64,000 bases of DNA from Octopus vulgaris (GCA_951406725.2 OX597820.1:95976001-96040000); one strand, 5' to 3'; numbered from the stretch's first letter, positions 24,756 through 39,105 are shown. The notes: generated by a model from the sequence alone, not told the origin. Numbers and translations are program-made.

Positions 24756-26849
24756 TATCAATGTATATTTCCGTATAGATGCAGGCTTATTTTTATAGCT
24801 CTTAGCTTGAACGCTGTCTTCTCTATAAGAAATTACACTCGAAATTTACTAAGGAGTAAATCTATTTTAGATGCAATATTTCTAACCAGAAATAGGCCGA
24901 CAAAAACTTCCTGTATTTCGTAAATTAATTCGCTTGTTAATGATGTTGAAAATCAAATGGACAGAGCTATACAAAATTAATAGCATATTGCAGCCATTGC
25001 TGTCTTCGTCTGAGAGCTAGCCACCGTTGCATTTACATTTTCGGTTAAAATTAATAATCTTGATTTAATGTTCAACTATCAAAATATTGTTTTGGATGAA
25101 TAAGCTACTGTCTTCTGTAAAAAAATGTTCACAAACAAAAAATAAGTGTATTTCAATGAATAATTTAAGACGTCTGTCTTTTCTCCGCTTAATAAGACCT
25201 GCCAGACATAAATTGTACAGTTATTTTCGGCTGAATTATTGTCAAATGCATTATAATATAGAAATGAATAAGCAATCTGTTTCTATTCAGTGAAGATATG
25301 AAATTAATGTTGAATAACCTTTTACAAGTATAAAGCAATTTGTACTTTTGGCTGTGCAAATATTTCTGTAGCAATTAAGTTAAATCTCTTATCTAAACGG
25401 ACAATAAATGTTATTAATGTTTATTCGTCGCTCATTCTTTTAGCAATACATCAATGGATTCCTATTGTTTATTAAATGTGGAACGAAATATGATTTGCAG
25501 ACTTTTAAATTAGTAGCCCTTTGCATTTATATCATGGCTTTCATAATTTTATTTTATTTCTAATGTAGTGAGCTGATACGACTATACTAATTTGAATGAC
25601 TATCATATACTCTAGAATTATAATTTTAATGAACAATCAATGGATTCTATGTTAAATACACAAAAATCTGTAATCTTCTGGTCTGTGCAGAGCCTTTTAT
25701 CTACTCTCGCTCCCGCAACACATGTCCATTCACCCAAAGTTTTGCCATTCTCCTTATCATTTAAAAAAGCAGCAGTATCACCACTCAAAATCACTTTGAC
25801 CTGCAATCTGTTAATTCAATTCGTCCGATCACTATATACTTGACATCATACTGCAAGAGGCGTGTTTTTGTTTTTCGCCATGACTGCATCGTGGTGTAAA
25901 ATGTTTTTTGCCATGAAATGCAGCTAATATTTCGTCTATACAGAAGCCAACCAACGTGAAATAGTAATCGCACTTTCGTAACAGAGCCTCTTCCTAACGC
26001 ACTCTGCGTATTGATAAACGCTTTCATGTGCGCTATTCCGTCTCCACGTACATTACCACACGCGCATACTGAACGCCCATTTATCACACACGAGAACTAA
26101 GCTTCATTAACACTATCCAGATAAGAGTACTTACGCAATTACTTACTCCCATACAACATGCTTTCGCACACTGGTCTGCACACGTATAAAGCCTTATCTA
26201 CACACAGAGAATACATTCTCACTACGACAGTAAGTTTTACTGACTAATAAAGGCTGACTTAGTACAACATTATCGATCACTTTGATTTCGCTTCCTTTCT
26301 GATGCTTTAAGTATGTACACATGCATATATAATAATTTACACAAAACACTGACATGTGCGCGCGTATACACTCGCAAAAATAAAAGTATATATGCACACA
26401 TTCACATATGTATGCATGTTTGTGTGTGGGTACGTAATTACCTGTGTATACCTGCATACGAAGCAGTTAACACAATTACAATTATAAAAGCATTGCACGT
26501 ATTATTTCATTTGTTTATTGGTTTAAATCACATGAAAACGGGCATTGAACTGCGCTGAAAATAATTATGGTGCTGAGAGTTCACCTCCGCACTAGTCTAT
26601 AGGATATTGTATAATGTAGAAACGGAAAAAATTTAATTGATTAATAGTACTCAAGTGCCGAAGAGAAAACAAATAATTAAATTAATGTCTAATGTTATTT
26701 CAATGTGACTATGGCTGACGACTCCAGGCATATTCAGTCTCTATAGTTGCTAAATTAGGGATACGAGAACTGATAGACTAATATACAATAATCTACACGT
26801 GCATAGGTCTCTGAGTTATTTTACCTTCTTCTTATGGTAATCTTTGATA

Positions 26850-27062
26850 AAGCGGTGAGCTGGCTGATTTGTTAGCGCGATGGACAAAATGCTCAGAGAT
26901 CTCTCCTATTTCTTTACGTTATGCGTTCAAATTCCACTGAGGGCAACTTTGTTGTCCTTCCTTTCAGAATAGACAAAATAAGTACTATTTGAGCATAGTA
27001 GTCGATGTTATTGACTAGCTCCATACCCCTAAAACCGCTGGCCTTGTGCCAAATTTCCAAAC
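26850..27062 (+). mobile_element. SINE family A copy
   Basis: AAGCGGTGAGCTGGCTGATTTGTTAGC..GTTCAAATTCCACTGAGGGCAACTTTG..AAAATAAGTAC. Confidence 0.75.
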
Positions 27063-27465
27063 TATTATGATAATCCTTGATACATAATCGTGCAAATTTT
27101 TGCACATGTAGTGAAAGCCACATATTTTTTTTTTATTTGGTAACTACAAAGAAGGCTATGTTTCTAAACCAGTTAAAATACTGAAACATATCCGAACATG
27201 TGAGGCGTTCTTCTTCAACAAATTTTTTCCTCCCCATCATAGGCAATTCATTCCATCGCTTTTTCCCTCACTGCATTATGAACGCTGTTTCAACTTGAAA
27301 TAACCAACCACACAACAAATATAATCAAAATACAAGTGTGAAAACATACAGTGGTGCTAATTAGAATACTTTCATTCTTTTGCTCCTTTTACTGGTTGGC
27401 CTGGGGCGTGCCATACGACTTCATTCACTATTGTTAGTCGATGATATGGCACGCAAAACGTAGGT

Positions 27466-27810
<345 letters not shown>

Positions 27811-27996
27811 ATTTAACGTACACCATATTAAAATAAAACCTACGGATAGTTTCATTCTGTGAAGACACGTAGCTAGATGGGATTTTATAGGGTCCCCTGT
27901 GACGTGACTTTAAGCAATTCCCGGGCTCTGACAAGGTGGTTTGTTTTATTTGAAAATCAGTTATCTGGTACATGAGAAACCATATAAATACCTTCT

Positions 27997-28034
<38 letters not shown>

Positions 28035-28544
28035 CGCGTGTGTGTACGTCTGTGTGCAAACTTATGTAAGATATATATGTATGTGTGTGTGCGTTTGTGT
28101 ATATGTGCGTTTGTGTCTACATATTCATCTGTGCGCATTTGCATTTTTTTGTAGGTGTATGTATATATTAGTGTGTATTTGTGTATATGTGTACGCGGGT
28201 GTATGTTTATATGTGTATATGCATACATACTTGTAAATATATGTGTAGGTGTATGTGTATACGTATGTATATCCGTGTATGTATTTACTTATGTATATAC
28301 GTGAGAGTATTAACACGTGTGTGTGTGTCAAACTTTGCACAGACGTCTGTATCTAGCTTTACGTACAAATATATGTATATATTTACCTATACTATGTACA
28401 CATATTTGTGTATATATGCATGTGTTTACCTGCATATATGAGTTCCTATACATGTATATGTATGTATTCGTCCCTACGTGTGCGTATGCGCGTGTATCTA
28501 GTTGTATGTATATACCCATATACTTGGATGTGCGTGTGTGAGCG

Positions 28545-28890
28545 CATTGACACTAAATTTTGTGTAATACATTGTAACGGCAAAGGGGCCAGAGTCATCT
28601 TATACAAAACTGTCTAACAGAGTTAAACATTCTTACTTTTAGTAGATAGTTTGACTTCGGCAATTGTATCAGTGTATCTTTCTGTGAAAATTATGTATAT
28701 GAGTGCTTTTTATTTTTTGGTCAAAGTATCCGATAGTAAACGCGATGTTTTTTGGGTAAGGGTAGCTCACATTAAGATTGCCTGCGTATGCTTGGAAAGT
28801 GTTGCCTAACTAAGGATAGGAAGTTCCTAGTTATGTTTATTCAGATATTTGAACTAAATGGGTGGGGTCTAAACAAGGTTATTTGTTTGC
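28545..28890 (-). mobile_element. Penelope-like relic (RT-to-endonuclease linker)
   Basis: Reverse strand reads QITLFRPHPFSSNI*INITRNFLSLVRQHFP and PLPLQCITQNLV, the latter resembling CPL.G.C...NIVY. Confidence 0.55.
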
Positions 28891-29319
28891 TTCTTTACTA
28901 TCTTCCTGAGTGAGGTGAGATTTCATGATTTCTCATTAGAGCCACTTCTCTTCATTATAATCTTGCGTGTTAGTGATCACAACAACAGAAGATGCGTGTG
29001 TGTGTATATGAGAATGGTGTGTGTGAAAATAGGGGCGAGTGAATCTGACATGTGTGAGTGTGTGCGTGAGTGCACGTGTGTGTGTATGTAACCAAACAGT
29101 GTGCATGTGTATGGTGTATATATGTGGGCGAAAGTTATCTTTGTCTATGCATGTTGCGTGTGTTAATGTGAGTTGCGTGTGTGTGTGTGTGTATATAGCC
29201 TTTGTTAAGGTATCATGTGCTTGCGTGAGTGAGGGAGTATATATTATCTGTGTTCAGGTATTATATGCTTGTGTAGGTGTGGAAGTGTGCATGATGGTGC
29301 GTGGCGTGTGTACTCACTT

Positions 29320-30715
29320 AAACAGTGTGTGTGTGGCTAGTCATATAGTGGTATGGGTGGTGACACTATTGAAGATTGTGTGTGGGTGTGTGAATGATGG
29401 TGTGTGACGTGGATGCTGAGAAGTAGTTAGTGCTAGGATGTGTCGAGTGGTGTGGGGTTGGTATCAAATGAAGAGAAGAGGTAGGGTTGGTGTCAGATGA
29501 AGCGAGGAGGTGAGCTGACACATGTGAGCAAAGAGAGAAAATTAATTCCTATTCACAACGAAGGCGGGAGTCCGAATGTTCCCTGTGCAAAAACAGTCCG
29601 AACACAAACAGATGATAGCGAATGACAGATAGAGCTGAAATGGCGTAATACCGGGGTGTCATTTTCGAGTTTGATATCTCGGAGGTGCCCTGCGAACTGG
29701 TCAGCCAAGCGGCGTCTCGTTTGACCAATGTACAGGGAAGGACAGAGAGATAGCTGGAGATGCAGTAAATGACGTTACTGGAAGTGCAGGTAAAGAAGTC
29801 GGTGATGTGATAGGGACGATGATGGGTGCCTGTGAGAATGGTGGCGAGGTAGGGGCAGCTGCAATAACGTGGGCGGGAGCAGGAGAACGAGCCAAGCTGG
29901 GAGGTGGAGTTAGGGAAGAAACTGTGGACGAGGATGTCACGCAGGTTATGGGCTCTTTTGAAGAAGGGAAGAGGTAAGTTGGGGAAGATGTGCGAGGTGG
30001 GGAGGTCGGACTGGAGTCGCCGGAAGGCTAGGAGAATAGTGCGTTGGAGGGGCAGTGTGGAGGGGTAGTAGGTGAGGGGGAAAACGGGAGGCGGGCAACG
30101 GCGGGATGGGTGCGAGAAGAAAGAGCAGAGGCACGGTCCACAGATCGTGTCCTAGCAAGGCGGTGTGGATAGTGGTGAAGGGATATCCACTTAGGATGAG
30201 CTGGCGAGCCATGAGTTCAGACTGAGTCTCAAAGTCATGGTTGTCACTGCAGAGCCTAAGCAGTCGGAGGAATTAGGAGTAGGGGATGGAGAGCTTCGTA
30301 TAGGTAGGGTGGGAGGAAGAGAAGTTAAGATAAGAGTGAGAGTCAGTGTGTTTGTAATGGACGGAGGTAGTGAGAGCGGAGTGGTGTATTCTGACAGAAA
30401 TGTCAAAAATTCAATGGAAGGGTTAGACATAGTGGAGGAGATTGGACAAAAGAGAAGTAGTCTAGTTGTTCGCGGGAGAGTGAGATCGCACCGATACAGT
30501 CATCGTTATAACGACCGTATATTTCTGGAGTGGGAACGGTGAATTGTGAGTATATTCGGGCTTCAACGTAGCCGAACAGGTTCGCACAATTGGGGACCGT
30601 TCTCGTTCCCATGATCACTCCCTAGAACTGTTAATACAAATCCCCCGCAAACGAGAAGCATTTGAGGGAGGGAACAAGTTCTGACAGACGAAGAAGTGTG
30701 AAGGAGTAGGGTGGA
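29320..30715 (-). mobile_element. Penelope-like element (Neptune-type) relic: RT + GIY-YIG endonuclease + 3' region
   Basis: ORF 30403-30618(-): MGTRTVPNCANLFGYVE..YGRYNDDCIGA (RT motifs, YIDD equivalent). ~29640-29800(-): FTCTSSNVIYCIS..CPSLYIGQTRRRLADQFAGHLRDI (GIY-YIG). The 3' region shares CTAGCACTAAC.ACTTCTCAG with ~52252. Confidence 0.88.
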
Positions 30716-30808
30716 GTTCAGGTCGAAGGTCCAGAGATTGTTTCAGCGCAAGAACACACATACGTATACCTACACACAAACCGAAAAAACCCAACGATAA
30801 TTGAAATT

Positions 30809-31090
30809 AAAATATTATTGGTGAATTGAAGAAATGGAGCTGAACGAAGATTGAACAGAAATCGTTTGCCATGGGCTCTTAGGAGCCTAGTTCGATTTGT
30901 TTTGCTCCGCTTCTGTTCTGTTTTTGTTTTTTCCAACGGATTTCCTATTTCTTCCTGAAGAGAAAGACACAATATGGTCTCATTATTCAATCGGATTTTG
31001 GTAAATTGTGCCTTTCGAAACACGTGTAGAATGAAATAAAACGATTTCTGTTCAATCTTCGTTCAGCTCCATTTCTTCAATTCACCAATA

Positions 31091-31097
<7 letters not shown>
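30809..31097. mobile_element. Fold-back cassette: perfect 59-bp inverted arms enclosing a hammerhead
   Basis: 30809-30867 is the exact reverse complement of 31039-31097. The right arm abuts (TA)n. Confidence 0.9.
30946..31038 (+). ncRNA. Type-I hammerhead ribozyme with complete core
   Basis: Stem I TATTTC-TTC pairs with GAA-T-GAAATA. Core CTGAAGA at 30955-30961. Stem II GAAAGACACAAT/ATTGTGCCTTTC (11 of 12 paired). GAAA at 31017-31020, palindromic stem III ACACGTGT, predicted cleavage GUA^ after 31028. Confidence 0.85.
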
Positions 31098-31159
<62 letters not shown>

Positions 31160-31162
31160 GTA

Positions 31163-31205
<43 letters not shown>

Positions 31206-31231
31206 TTATATATATATGTATATATATATAC

Positions 31232-31263
<32 letters not shown>

Positions 31264-31270
31264 GTATATG

Positions 31271-31350
<80 letters not shown>

Positions 31351-31352
<2 letters not shown>

Positions 31353-31602
31353 ACTTATAAACAAGGGCAAAAGAAAAAAAATTTCAAATGCCAAATATGC
31401 CGAAACTAGACACATCGTCCATAACCGTATAATTCATCTCTATAAGTACGTGTCTCGAAGAAAGCCGACAGAAATTTCTAAAAAATTCCGTTACTACCAT
31501 ATCGTACTTATAGTGATGAATTATATGGTTTTGGACGATGCGTCTAGTTTCGGCATATTTGGCATTAGACATTTCTTTTTTTTTGCCCTTGCTTATAAGT
31601 TG
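31351..31602. mobile_element. Fold-back cassette with ~100-bp inverted arms between (TA)n tracts
   Basis: 31351-31450 pairs with 31503-31602. The arms contain a decayed hammerhead-like ATGT-CTAATG..TGCC-GAAAC-TA-GAC-GCAT. Confidence 0.85.
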
Positions 31603-31705
31603 TTTATAAATTTAACCTTTAAAGGTATTTATTAATATGCTGGCCATTGATAAAATTTATTTTCGAAAAATATTATCCTATATTATATATATATATATAT
31701 ATATA

Positions 31706-31759
<54 letters not shown>

Positions 31760-31785
31760 GTATATATATATACATATATATATAA

Positions 31786-31860
<75 letters not shown>

Positions 31861-32300
31861 ATATATATATATATATATATATATATGCATAATAAGCTTC
31901 AGCACATTTTCGATCTACCGAATTTCATTCAGGAAATACATTTCTGAAGTGTCACATGGCTGACTGGATTAATCGCAAACAACTTGATTGTACCGTGAAC
32001 ATTCTAACCACACAAACATATCTGCCGGTGATGCCCTTTTAAAGTAATTGATCTAGTATTTGTCAGCGTAAATTACAAATTTGAATAAATAAACTGCGTC
32101 CGAAACCACATTCAGAGGAGAAAATCGGAGAGTAGCATATTAAAACGTAAAAACAATATTTAAACAGCAATCGAAATGATTATCAGAAATCAAGTGAAAT
32201 TAATAAATCAATAAGAATATCAAATTTCCATCCAAGTTTTTGAATGGTTCAAGTGCAATTCCCAAAGCATTTTAAGAAAACCAGTCAGTTTAAATGAAAA

Positions 32301-32350
<50 letters not shown>

Positions 32351-32387
32351 AGTGTATGCGTATGCTTATACATACATGTATATATAT

Positions 32388-32997
32388 AATAATAAAAGGT
32401 AAAATTCATTAATCAATTAATGATTAATAATTTTACCAAGTAGTTCGGTATGTTAAAAGAACCATTATCGGTAACGTTACACAAAAATTCTATAATCATA
32501 AGCATAATTATAATTAGAGTTCACTCCCTGATAGTAAACTGCAGTTTCTGTAGAATTACTCGAGGCACACGTAGGTGATTGAGGAAGAATGCGAGATCTC
32601 ATTCGTCTGTTTGAATTCGGAAGTACTGGTTTGTTGATATATGCTGCTCGATGGTGCTTAGTCGACTACGTATGTTAATTATAAGTGCATTCAAATTTTA
32701 AATTGAAATACTATACTGATGTCGGGAGTAAGTGAGCAGAAATATGATTTTACATCTTTTTACATCACTTTAACCCAGAAACGCGTATATAGTTAATCAA
32801 AGCCGGATGGATTCGTTATTTTTTTCTCTTTACCTGCGTGAGTTGAGAATATTGCTGTCTGAATATAACTTACTGTAGTGGAATAGTATTTAACTGCTAT
32901 TTCTAAATTTAATTGCTATTTTTAAATTTCGGTATGTGGTGAAGCAATTTTTGCTGAACCCTAATTATAATTATGCTTATAATTATAGAATTTTTGT
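32388..32997. mobile_element. Fold-back cassette (arms 32481-32523 / 32955-32997), same family as 37278-37580
   Basis: Inverted arms read directly. Shares ACCAAGTAG..TTCGGTATGT.AAAGA.C.TTATCGGTAA and CTGCTATTTCTAAA..TTCGGT.TGTG.TGAA.CAATTT with 37278-37580. Decayed hammerhead-like segment at ~32521-32578. Confidence 0.75.
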
Positions 32998-33051
<54 letters not shown>

Positions 33052-33133
33052 TTATATGTGTGTGTATGTGTGTGTGTGTATATATATACATATATACATA
33101 TATATATACATAGATACATATATATACATATAT

Positions 33134-33201
<68 letters not shown>

Positions 33202-33644
33202 TTATTATTATTATTACTAATAATAATTGCCTGTATGGTTGATAACTCGCTTGGAACACGTAGTGGTCTTGTCTAGGTTCAAAGACCCGAGTACTTCTAG
33301 CTAATCAGACACAAATTTTCAAAACACCGTTGTTTCAGAATTCCTTGCGCCAGTGAGTCTAGTGTGTTATGAACACACTGTCGTAGTAAAAGGGAAAAGT
33401 TTTCTACACACCAGAGATTAGGATATTGGCGTTTGAATCTGCCGGAATGTATTAAGAATAAATATTCGAATCATCGTTTTAGATCTCGCTATACACAGAG
33501 CAAATAATATTTCTACTTATTGTATATATCTTCAGAAAAATGACAAAATGAATCCACCCTCTGCACAATTTGGACTAAAAACTTTAAAGTTAGTCGTTAA
33601 TAATTAAATAAAAATCGATGACACTTCATTGACAATGTATACGC

Positions 33645-34025
33645 TTTTATTCGTTTCAGTCATTCGACAGCGGCCATGCTGAGATACCGTTTGAAAGTAC
33701 TGGTTAAACATATTAAACCCGGTACTTATTTTTAAAACACTGGTACTTATTCTATCGGTTCCTTTGGCAGCGTGTGTAATTGTGTTTTCTCTTTCTCTGC
33801 CACTGAACAACCAGTGTTGGTTTGTTCAGTGGCAGAGAAAGAGAAAACACAATTACACACGCTGTGGGCTTCCAGAAGGGTCCCGTCTACCAATTTATTC
33901 ATATGGCACTCGTCGGCCCGAGGTTATAATATAAAACACTTGCTCAAGGTGACGCAGAGTGGGGCTGAAATTGACAACCCATGATTTCAAAGAAAAGTTC
34001 TTAAACCTCACAACAATGCCTATGT
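33645..34025 (-). mobile_element. SINE family B copy (degenerate)
   Basis: TCGTTTCAGTCATTCGACAGCGGCCATGCTG...GTCGGCCCGAGGTTATAAT..ACACTTGCTCAAGGTGACGCAG matches the reverse complement of 47340-47755. Confidence 0.8.
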
Positions 34026-35510
34026 CATACAAAAAAAAGAAAAAAAGTTGTTCTGAATTACAGAGCCAAGCCCGTATGTATTTCAAATATCACTTCCGTC
34101 CTTGTCAAGGTTAGCGCTAAGAGTCTAAAGGTATAAATGTTAAAATTCCAAATAATTTGAAATGAGTGTTTTCTTATATAATTAATTTTGACCGATCGTT
34201 AAGCATGTTACTAATCATTAGCAGTAAGCTAAATAAATGACATGATAAATATCGATCGAGGAACACACCGGAAAGATGTACATTGAGACAGAAATAAATC
34301 AATACATGTGTACATATACATAAGCAAGCCTGTAAGACTGATTTCTTTTTATTATATATACATGATTTGAAAACCTAATTGCTTGCAGGATAAGAAAACA
34401 TATTTCGAAACACTATTAAGCGTGTGACCAGCAACACGATCATATATTAAAAGCGGGATACCACTGCTAATGTTTGTCGTTATTTATAAACTTCTAGTTT
34501 CTGAATACAAATGGAACCAGTAGTTTAAATATAGACAACGATCGTCTATAGAAATTATATTTTCCATACACTCTTGAGTATACATTGGAAAAAGAAAATG
34601 ATGTGGTACGAGATACTACTGTATTACCCACAAATATATCATCTTCCTTCTTACAGAAATAAATATTTAAATAAATATTGAATTGATTAATCACAAGTTT
34701 AATGTTCGCAAGGAGGTAGTTACTTACTTTACTGATTACAGAGAGATGAAAAGCAGCGTTGAATACGTACGAGTAACATATGTTAATTATATTATTTACC
34801 TGTATCCAAGGTAGCGGGAATTACACCGTTAGATGTCTAGCAGAGTGAATAGTCTTTAACCAGATTTCAAAACTATCCAGTACACTTTGTTCGCTGAGTG
34901 TTTATTCTCAGCCTAAAACAATAAAGTCTCATATGATTGGAAATACATACAAACACAACATAAATATGATCCTATACAAGTATTTAATATCGATATGAAG
35001 AAATAATGGATATATATATATATGACTGTATGCATTACACTCCACATATATTACACGTGCTACTAATACTTCATCAGGCGCTGATTATTCTATGAAACCA
35101 AGAAGTTTAAATAGACGACCGAGCAAGATTCCATTACAGGTGATTTACCAAATTGAACCGATGTAGACCGTTCAGATGAATTTGAATCGAAAATAAAGCA
35201 AAATGATAAAGTTATAAATTATAGAAGTTATAAATATCAAATTGTAAACGTGTCAATCTATAAAATATGACTTAGGTACTTAAACTGAGGCACCTTGTTA
35301 GGACGAGCTTATTTGCACACTCAGTATTAGGTGAGTATCAGACTCTACATAGAAATTTTTCCACCCGATATTCATGCAGTGTATGGAAATGGCACGATCC
35401 GACTTAGTGAATAAATCCGGTCTTGTTTGTTTAGACATGTACTTTATATAAAGATACTTTACAAATTCTTTCGAAGTGCAGATTCCAGGGTAGGCGAGTA
35501 AAATACAAAC

Positions 35511-35683
35511 GAGTAATAAAGGTGTAGAAGTGACAATTCGTTACGGCCGTTTCGAGTGACTCCTTTAATTGATCAATGAAATCATTACATCATTACAAAG
35601 AAAATCGTTGTCATCAGGTTACCAATTAAAGGAGTCAATTTAAACGGCCGTAACGATTTGACTCTTATACACCTTTGTTACTC
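35511..35683. repeat. Fold-back cassette with ~60-bp arms next to a (TA)(TG) tract
   Basis: 35511-35571 pairs with 35623-35683. The arms include GAGTCACTC-GAAAC-GGCC-GTA (hammerhead 3'-half-like, palindromic). Confidence 0.8.
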
Positions 35684-35778
<95 letters not shown>

Positions 35779-36236
35779 CATATATGTAAACAGAGTTTGC
35801 GGTTGTAATAACCGCCTAGGGGATAAAATATCCGAATATACTATCGGTATCCTTTACCTGTATCATCCCCGGGAAATGAGGTGCAGGCACACAAATATGT
35901 AGAGTGCAGATAACAACAGGATAAACAAGAGTTTATCAGGAACCAATGCAATTTATTAGAAAATGGAGAAAACCACAGATTAAGCAACACATCAATTGGA
36001 CCACATTTAAAGCTTATTTTTTGATACAGAGTGTGACATAACAAAATAGGTGACGTAACATATGTTACCACCGTTACTGATCGGATTGCCAAAATGCAGT
36101 CTGTACATAAATGCGAGAATAAATTTTTTCATCTGCACAGGGCATTCGAATTCGGATTTTCATCAGAGTAAAAAGTATAAGCATACAATATAAACAATAT
36201 AAAAGTTTATATAGGGAAAGGAAAGAAAACATGACT

Positions 36237-36279
<43 letters not shown>

Positions 36280-36280
36280 T

Positions 36281-36322
<42 letters not shown>
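36237..36322. repeat. (GATA)n microsatellite
   Basis: Direct reading. Confidence 0.95.
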
Positions 36323-37228
36323 CATGCATACATACATATATACATACATAATGTGTGTGAGTGAGCGTGCGCATGCATACGTGTGTGTGTGCGTGTATGT
36401 GTGTATGTTTGTGTGTGTTTGTGTGTGTATAGTTTTATAATTTAATCATATTTTTCCATGACTTGAACTACATATAACCTGATGAATCTTGTGTTATTCG
36501 TTTTAAGAGTTGCTCTCGCACAGAAATATAATCCTAGCCTAACAACAAATTCTGAAAATCTACTACAGTTCATTTAAACGACTGATTATTTGTTGCCACG
36601 TTTACTTATTTTTACTTCAGATTCCCTTCAGTTCACAACCAGCAACTTAGTGTCAGTTAATTCTTTTTTATCTTTATATATCATTGCGTTTCCAGCCCAG
36701 ATTTAAACGCTAGAAAGGGGCAGTCACTTGCGTTCTTAAGACTTGCTTTCTTAAGATTGTTTCAACGTATCGTATTTTCTTTTGTTTGTTTTGTTTTTCT
36801 CAAATAACACTGATCGAACAGCTCTATGATAAAATATAAAAGCATATTCTAGCTGTAGCCAGCGCATCGTTTTTTTCTAAAAGATGACATAATTGAATTT
36901 GTTTGCCAATTCTAGCTTGCTGAAAGACTACATAGAAATTCCTATGGGTAATTAGATGAAGTTAATTAACAATGTGTATCTTTGGTGGTAAACGTATAAA
37001 TAATCAGTTTCTTTTTGTTTCTTTTGAAGCAGTGTTGAAAATTACGAATCCTAAGACAACTGATAAAATATAAAAGACGCAAACTTTTATAGTATAATGT
37101 GAGACTATTAGAAGTATTCTCACGAGATCACAAAAAGAAAGCAGAAGCATCATTCACTTGTACTTATGTAACGTAATACATACAAACATATATTCTGTAT
37201 ATAATGTCCATAGGTGTGTGTATACATA

Positions 37229-37277
<49 letters not shown>

Positions 37278-37281
<4 letters not shown>

Positions 37282-37575
37282 GTAAAATTAATTAATTAAT
37301 TAATAATTAATAATTCCACCAAGTAGTGATTCGGTATGTAAAAGACCGTTATCGGTAAATTTAAACAATATTTATTATAATAAGGTTTAGGCGAAAGAAT
37401 TTGCTTCACCACACACCGAACTTTAGAAATAGCAGCCAAAATAAAACTAGCTTTTTCTCTGCCTACGTGATATGTTTTTGAGCATATATTGTATGTGAGT
37501 TGTTTCTTACAGTAGACGAAATAGCTAGTTTTTTGGGGCTGCTATTTCTAAAGTTCGGTGTGTGATGAAACAATT

Positions 37576-37580
<5 letters not shown>
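37278..37580. mobile_element. Fold-back cassette (arms 37394-37441 / 37531-37580) inside (TA)n
   Basis: TTGCTTCACCACACACCGAACTTTAGAAATAGCAGCC pairs with GGCTGCTATTTCTAAAGTTCGGTGTGTGATGAAACAA. (TA)n on both sides. Confidence 0.8.
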
Positions 37581-37646
<66 letters not shown>

Positions 37647-37651
37647 GTATG

Positions 37652-37697
<46 letters not shown>

Positions 37698-38025
37698 CAT
37701 ACAATACATACATACATACAATACATACACACACATACTAGCAACTAAGTAACAAAATGAAAATAACGTTCAACAAAAGATGCTGAACTTGTTAATATTT
37801 ACTAACAAGTTGACTTAGTTTCACATTATTTAAAGTTTAGTTGGTGTAAATACGCCTACATTTTCAGAAAGGGTAAAGACGATGTAAGAATGGCTTCTTC
37901 ATAATATTAGTTGGGGCCTCCCCCATGGTGAAGTGAATACATCAATAAAACAGCGACATTAGATAGATAGTGTCATATCCTACGACGTGGTTAAGGAGAC
38001 GGTCTAGTTAGTTGTGATAAGGTAG

Positions 38026-39105
38026 ATTACTTTGGTCAAAGCCATCTATTGTGCATTTGTTAAATAATACACGAAAAACTGCAAATCTAGTATTAAGACT
38101 GTTCAGCATACTTTGAGATTTTGATATTAACTTTGTTAAATGAAGAATATTGAACATTTCACAGTTGGCTAAAAATACACAAAAAAAAAAAACACGCACA
38201 CAAATATATTATAGAATTTAATCATTAAGAAAATATTGGAACGCAATGACATCATCAATGTCAGTTGCCGTTGGAGGTAACTAGAGTCGTAGGGACTGGT
38301 TACAATTCAGTTTGCGTAGCCGAATAATCGTAGGTCACGACAATGGACCACGGACGAATGATACTTTTACAATAGATAGATGTGTATGGGCCAGTTAGGG
38401 ATATCAGTGGATAATGAGATAATTAGTGGATAAAATTTCATTAACAATGTGTATCTTTGGTGGCAAACATGAAGAATCAGTTCATTTTTGTTTCTTTTGA
38501 AGCAGTGTTGAAAATTATGAATCCTAAGTAGGTAGAGAGGGACCCTAACAATGATGCTCTATTTCATGATGGGGCAGTCGTTTAACTGATCCGGGAGTTT
38601 CTAGATGAAGCGGGAGAAAATGATGAATGTTTTGCTGTTCCTATACCTAAAAGAGATATGAATTATCCTCTCTCAACGAAAAGATTTTAAGGACAGGAGA
38701 AATTGAATAATAACAACAAACGCTTGTTGTAAAATGCAAGCCAGAGTAAAATTTTCCATGATTAACATCATTTTGCTGGGAACCATACATTTTTGTTCAT
38801 GAATATTTATTATTTCTGAACACTTTAAACTTAATAATATATCATTGTTTTCAGTTAACCAAAGAATAACTTTCTGAATATATTTCGATATAAAGATTTT
38901 TATTCTTTGGGCATATTTTCTTAATGATTAAATTCTATAATATATTTGTGTACGTGTTTTTTTGTGTGTATTTTTAGCCAATATTCTTCATTTAACAAAG
39001 TTAATATCAAAATCCCAAAGTATGCTGAACAGTCTTAATACTAGATTTGCAGTTTTTTGTGTATTATTTAACAAATGCAAAATAGATGGCTTTGACCAAA
39101 GTAAT
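38026..39105. repeat. ~200-bp high-identity inverted repeat with ~675-bp spacer
   Basis: 38026-38236 matches the reverse complement of 38913-39105 with a few substitutions and indels, the largest ~14 bp. Confidence 0.9.

Noticed and set aside
29701-30542. Pro/Ser/Thr-rich and Gly/Val-rich ORFs suggesting a mucin-like gene
   Set aside because: They are alternative frames or antisense of the C-rich Penelope RT/GIY-YIG relic.
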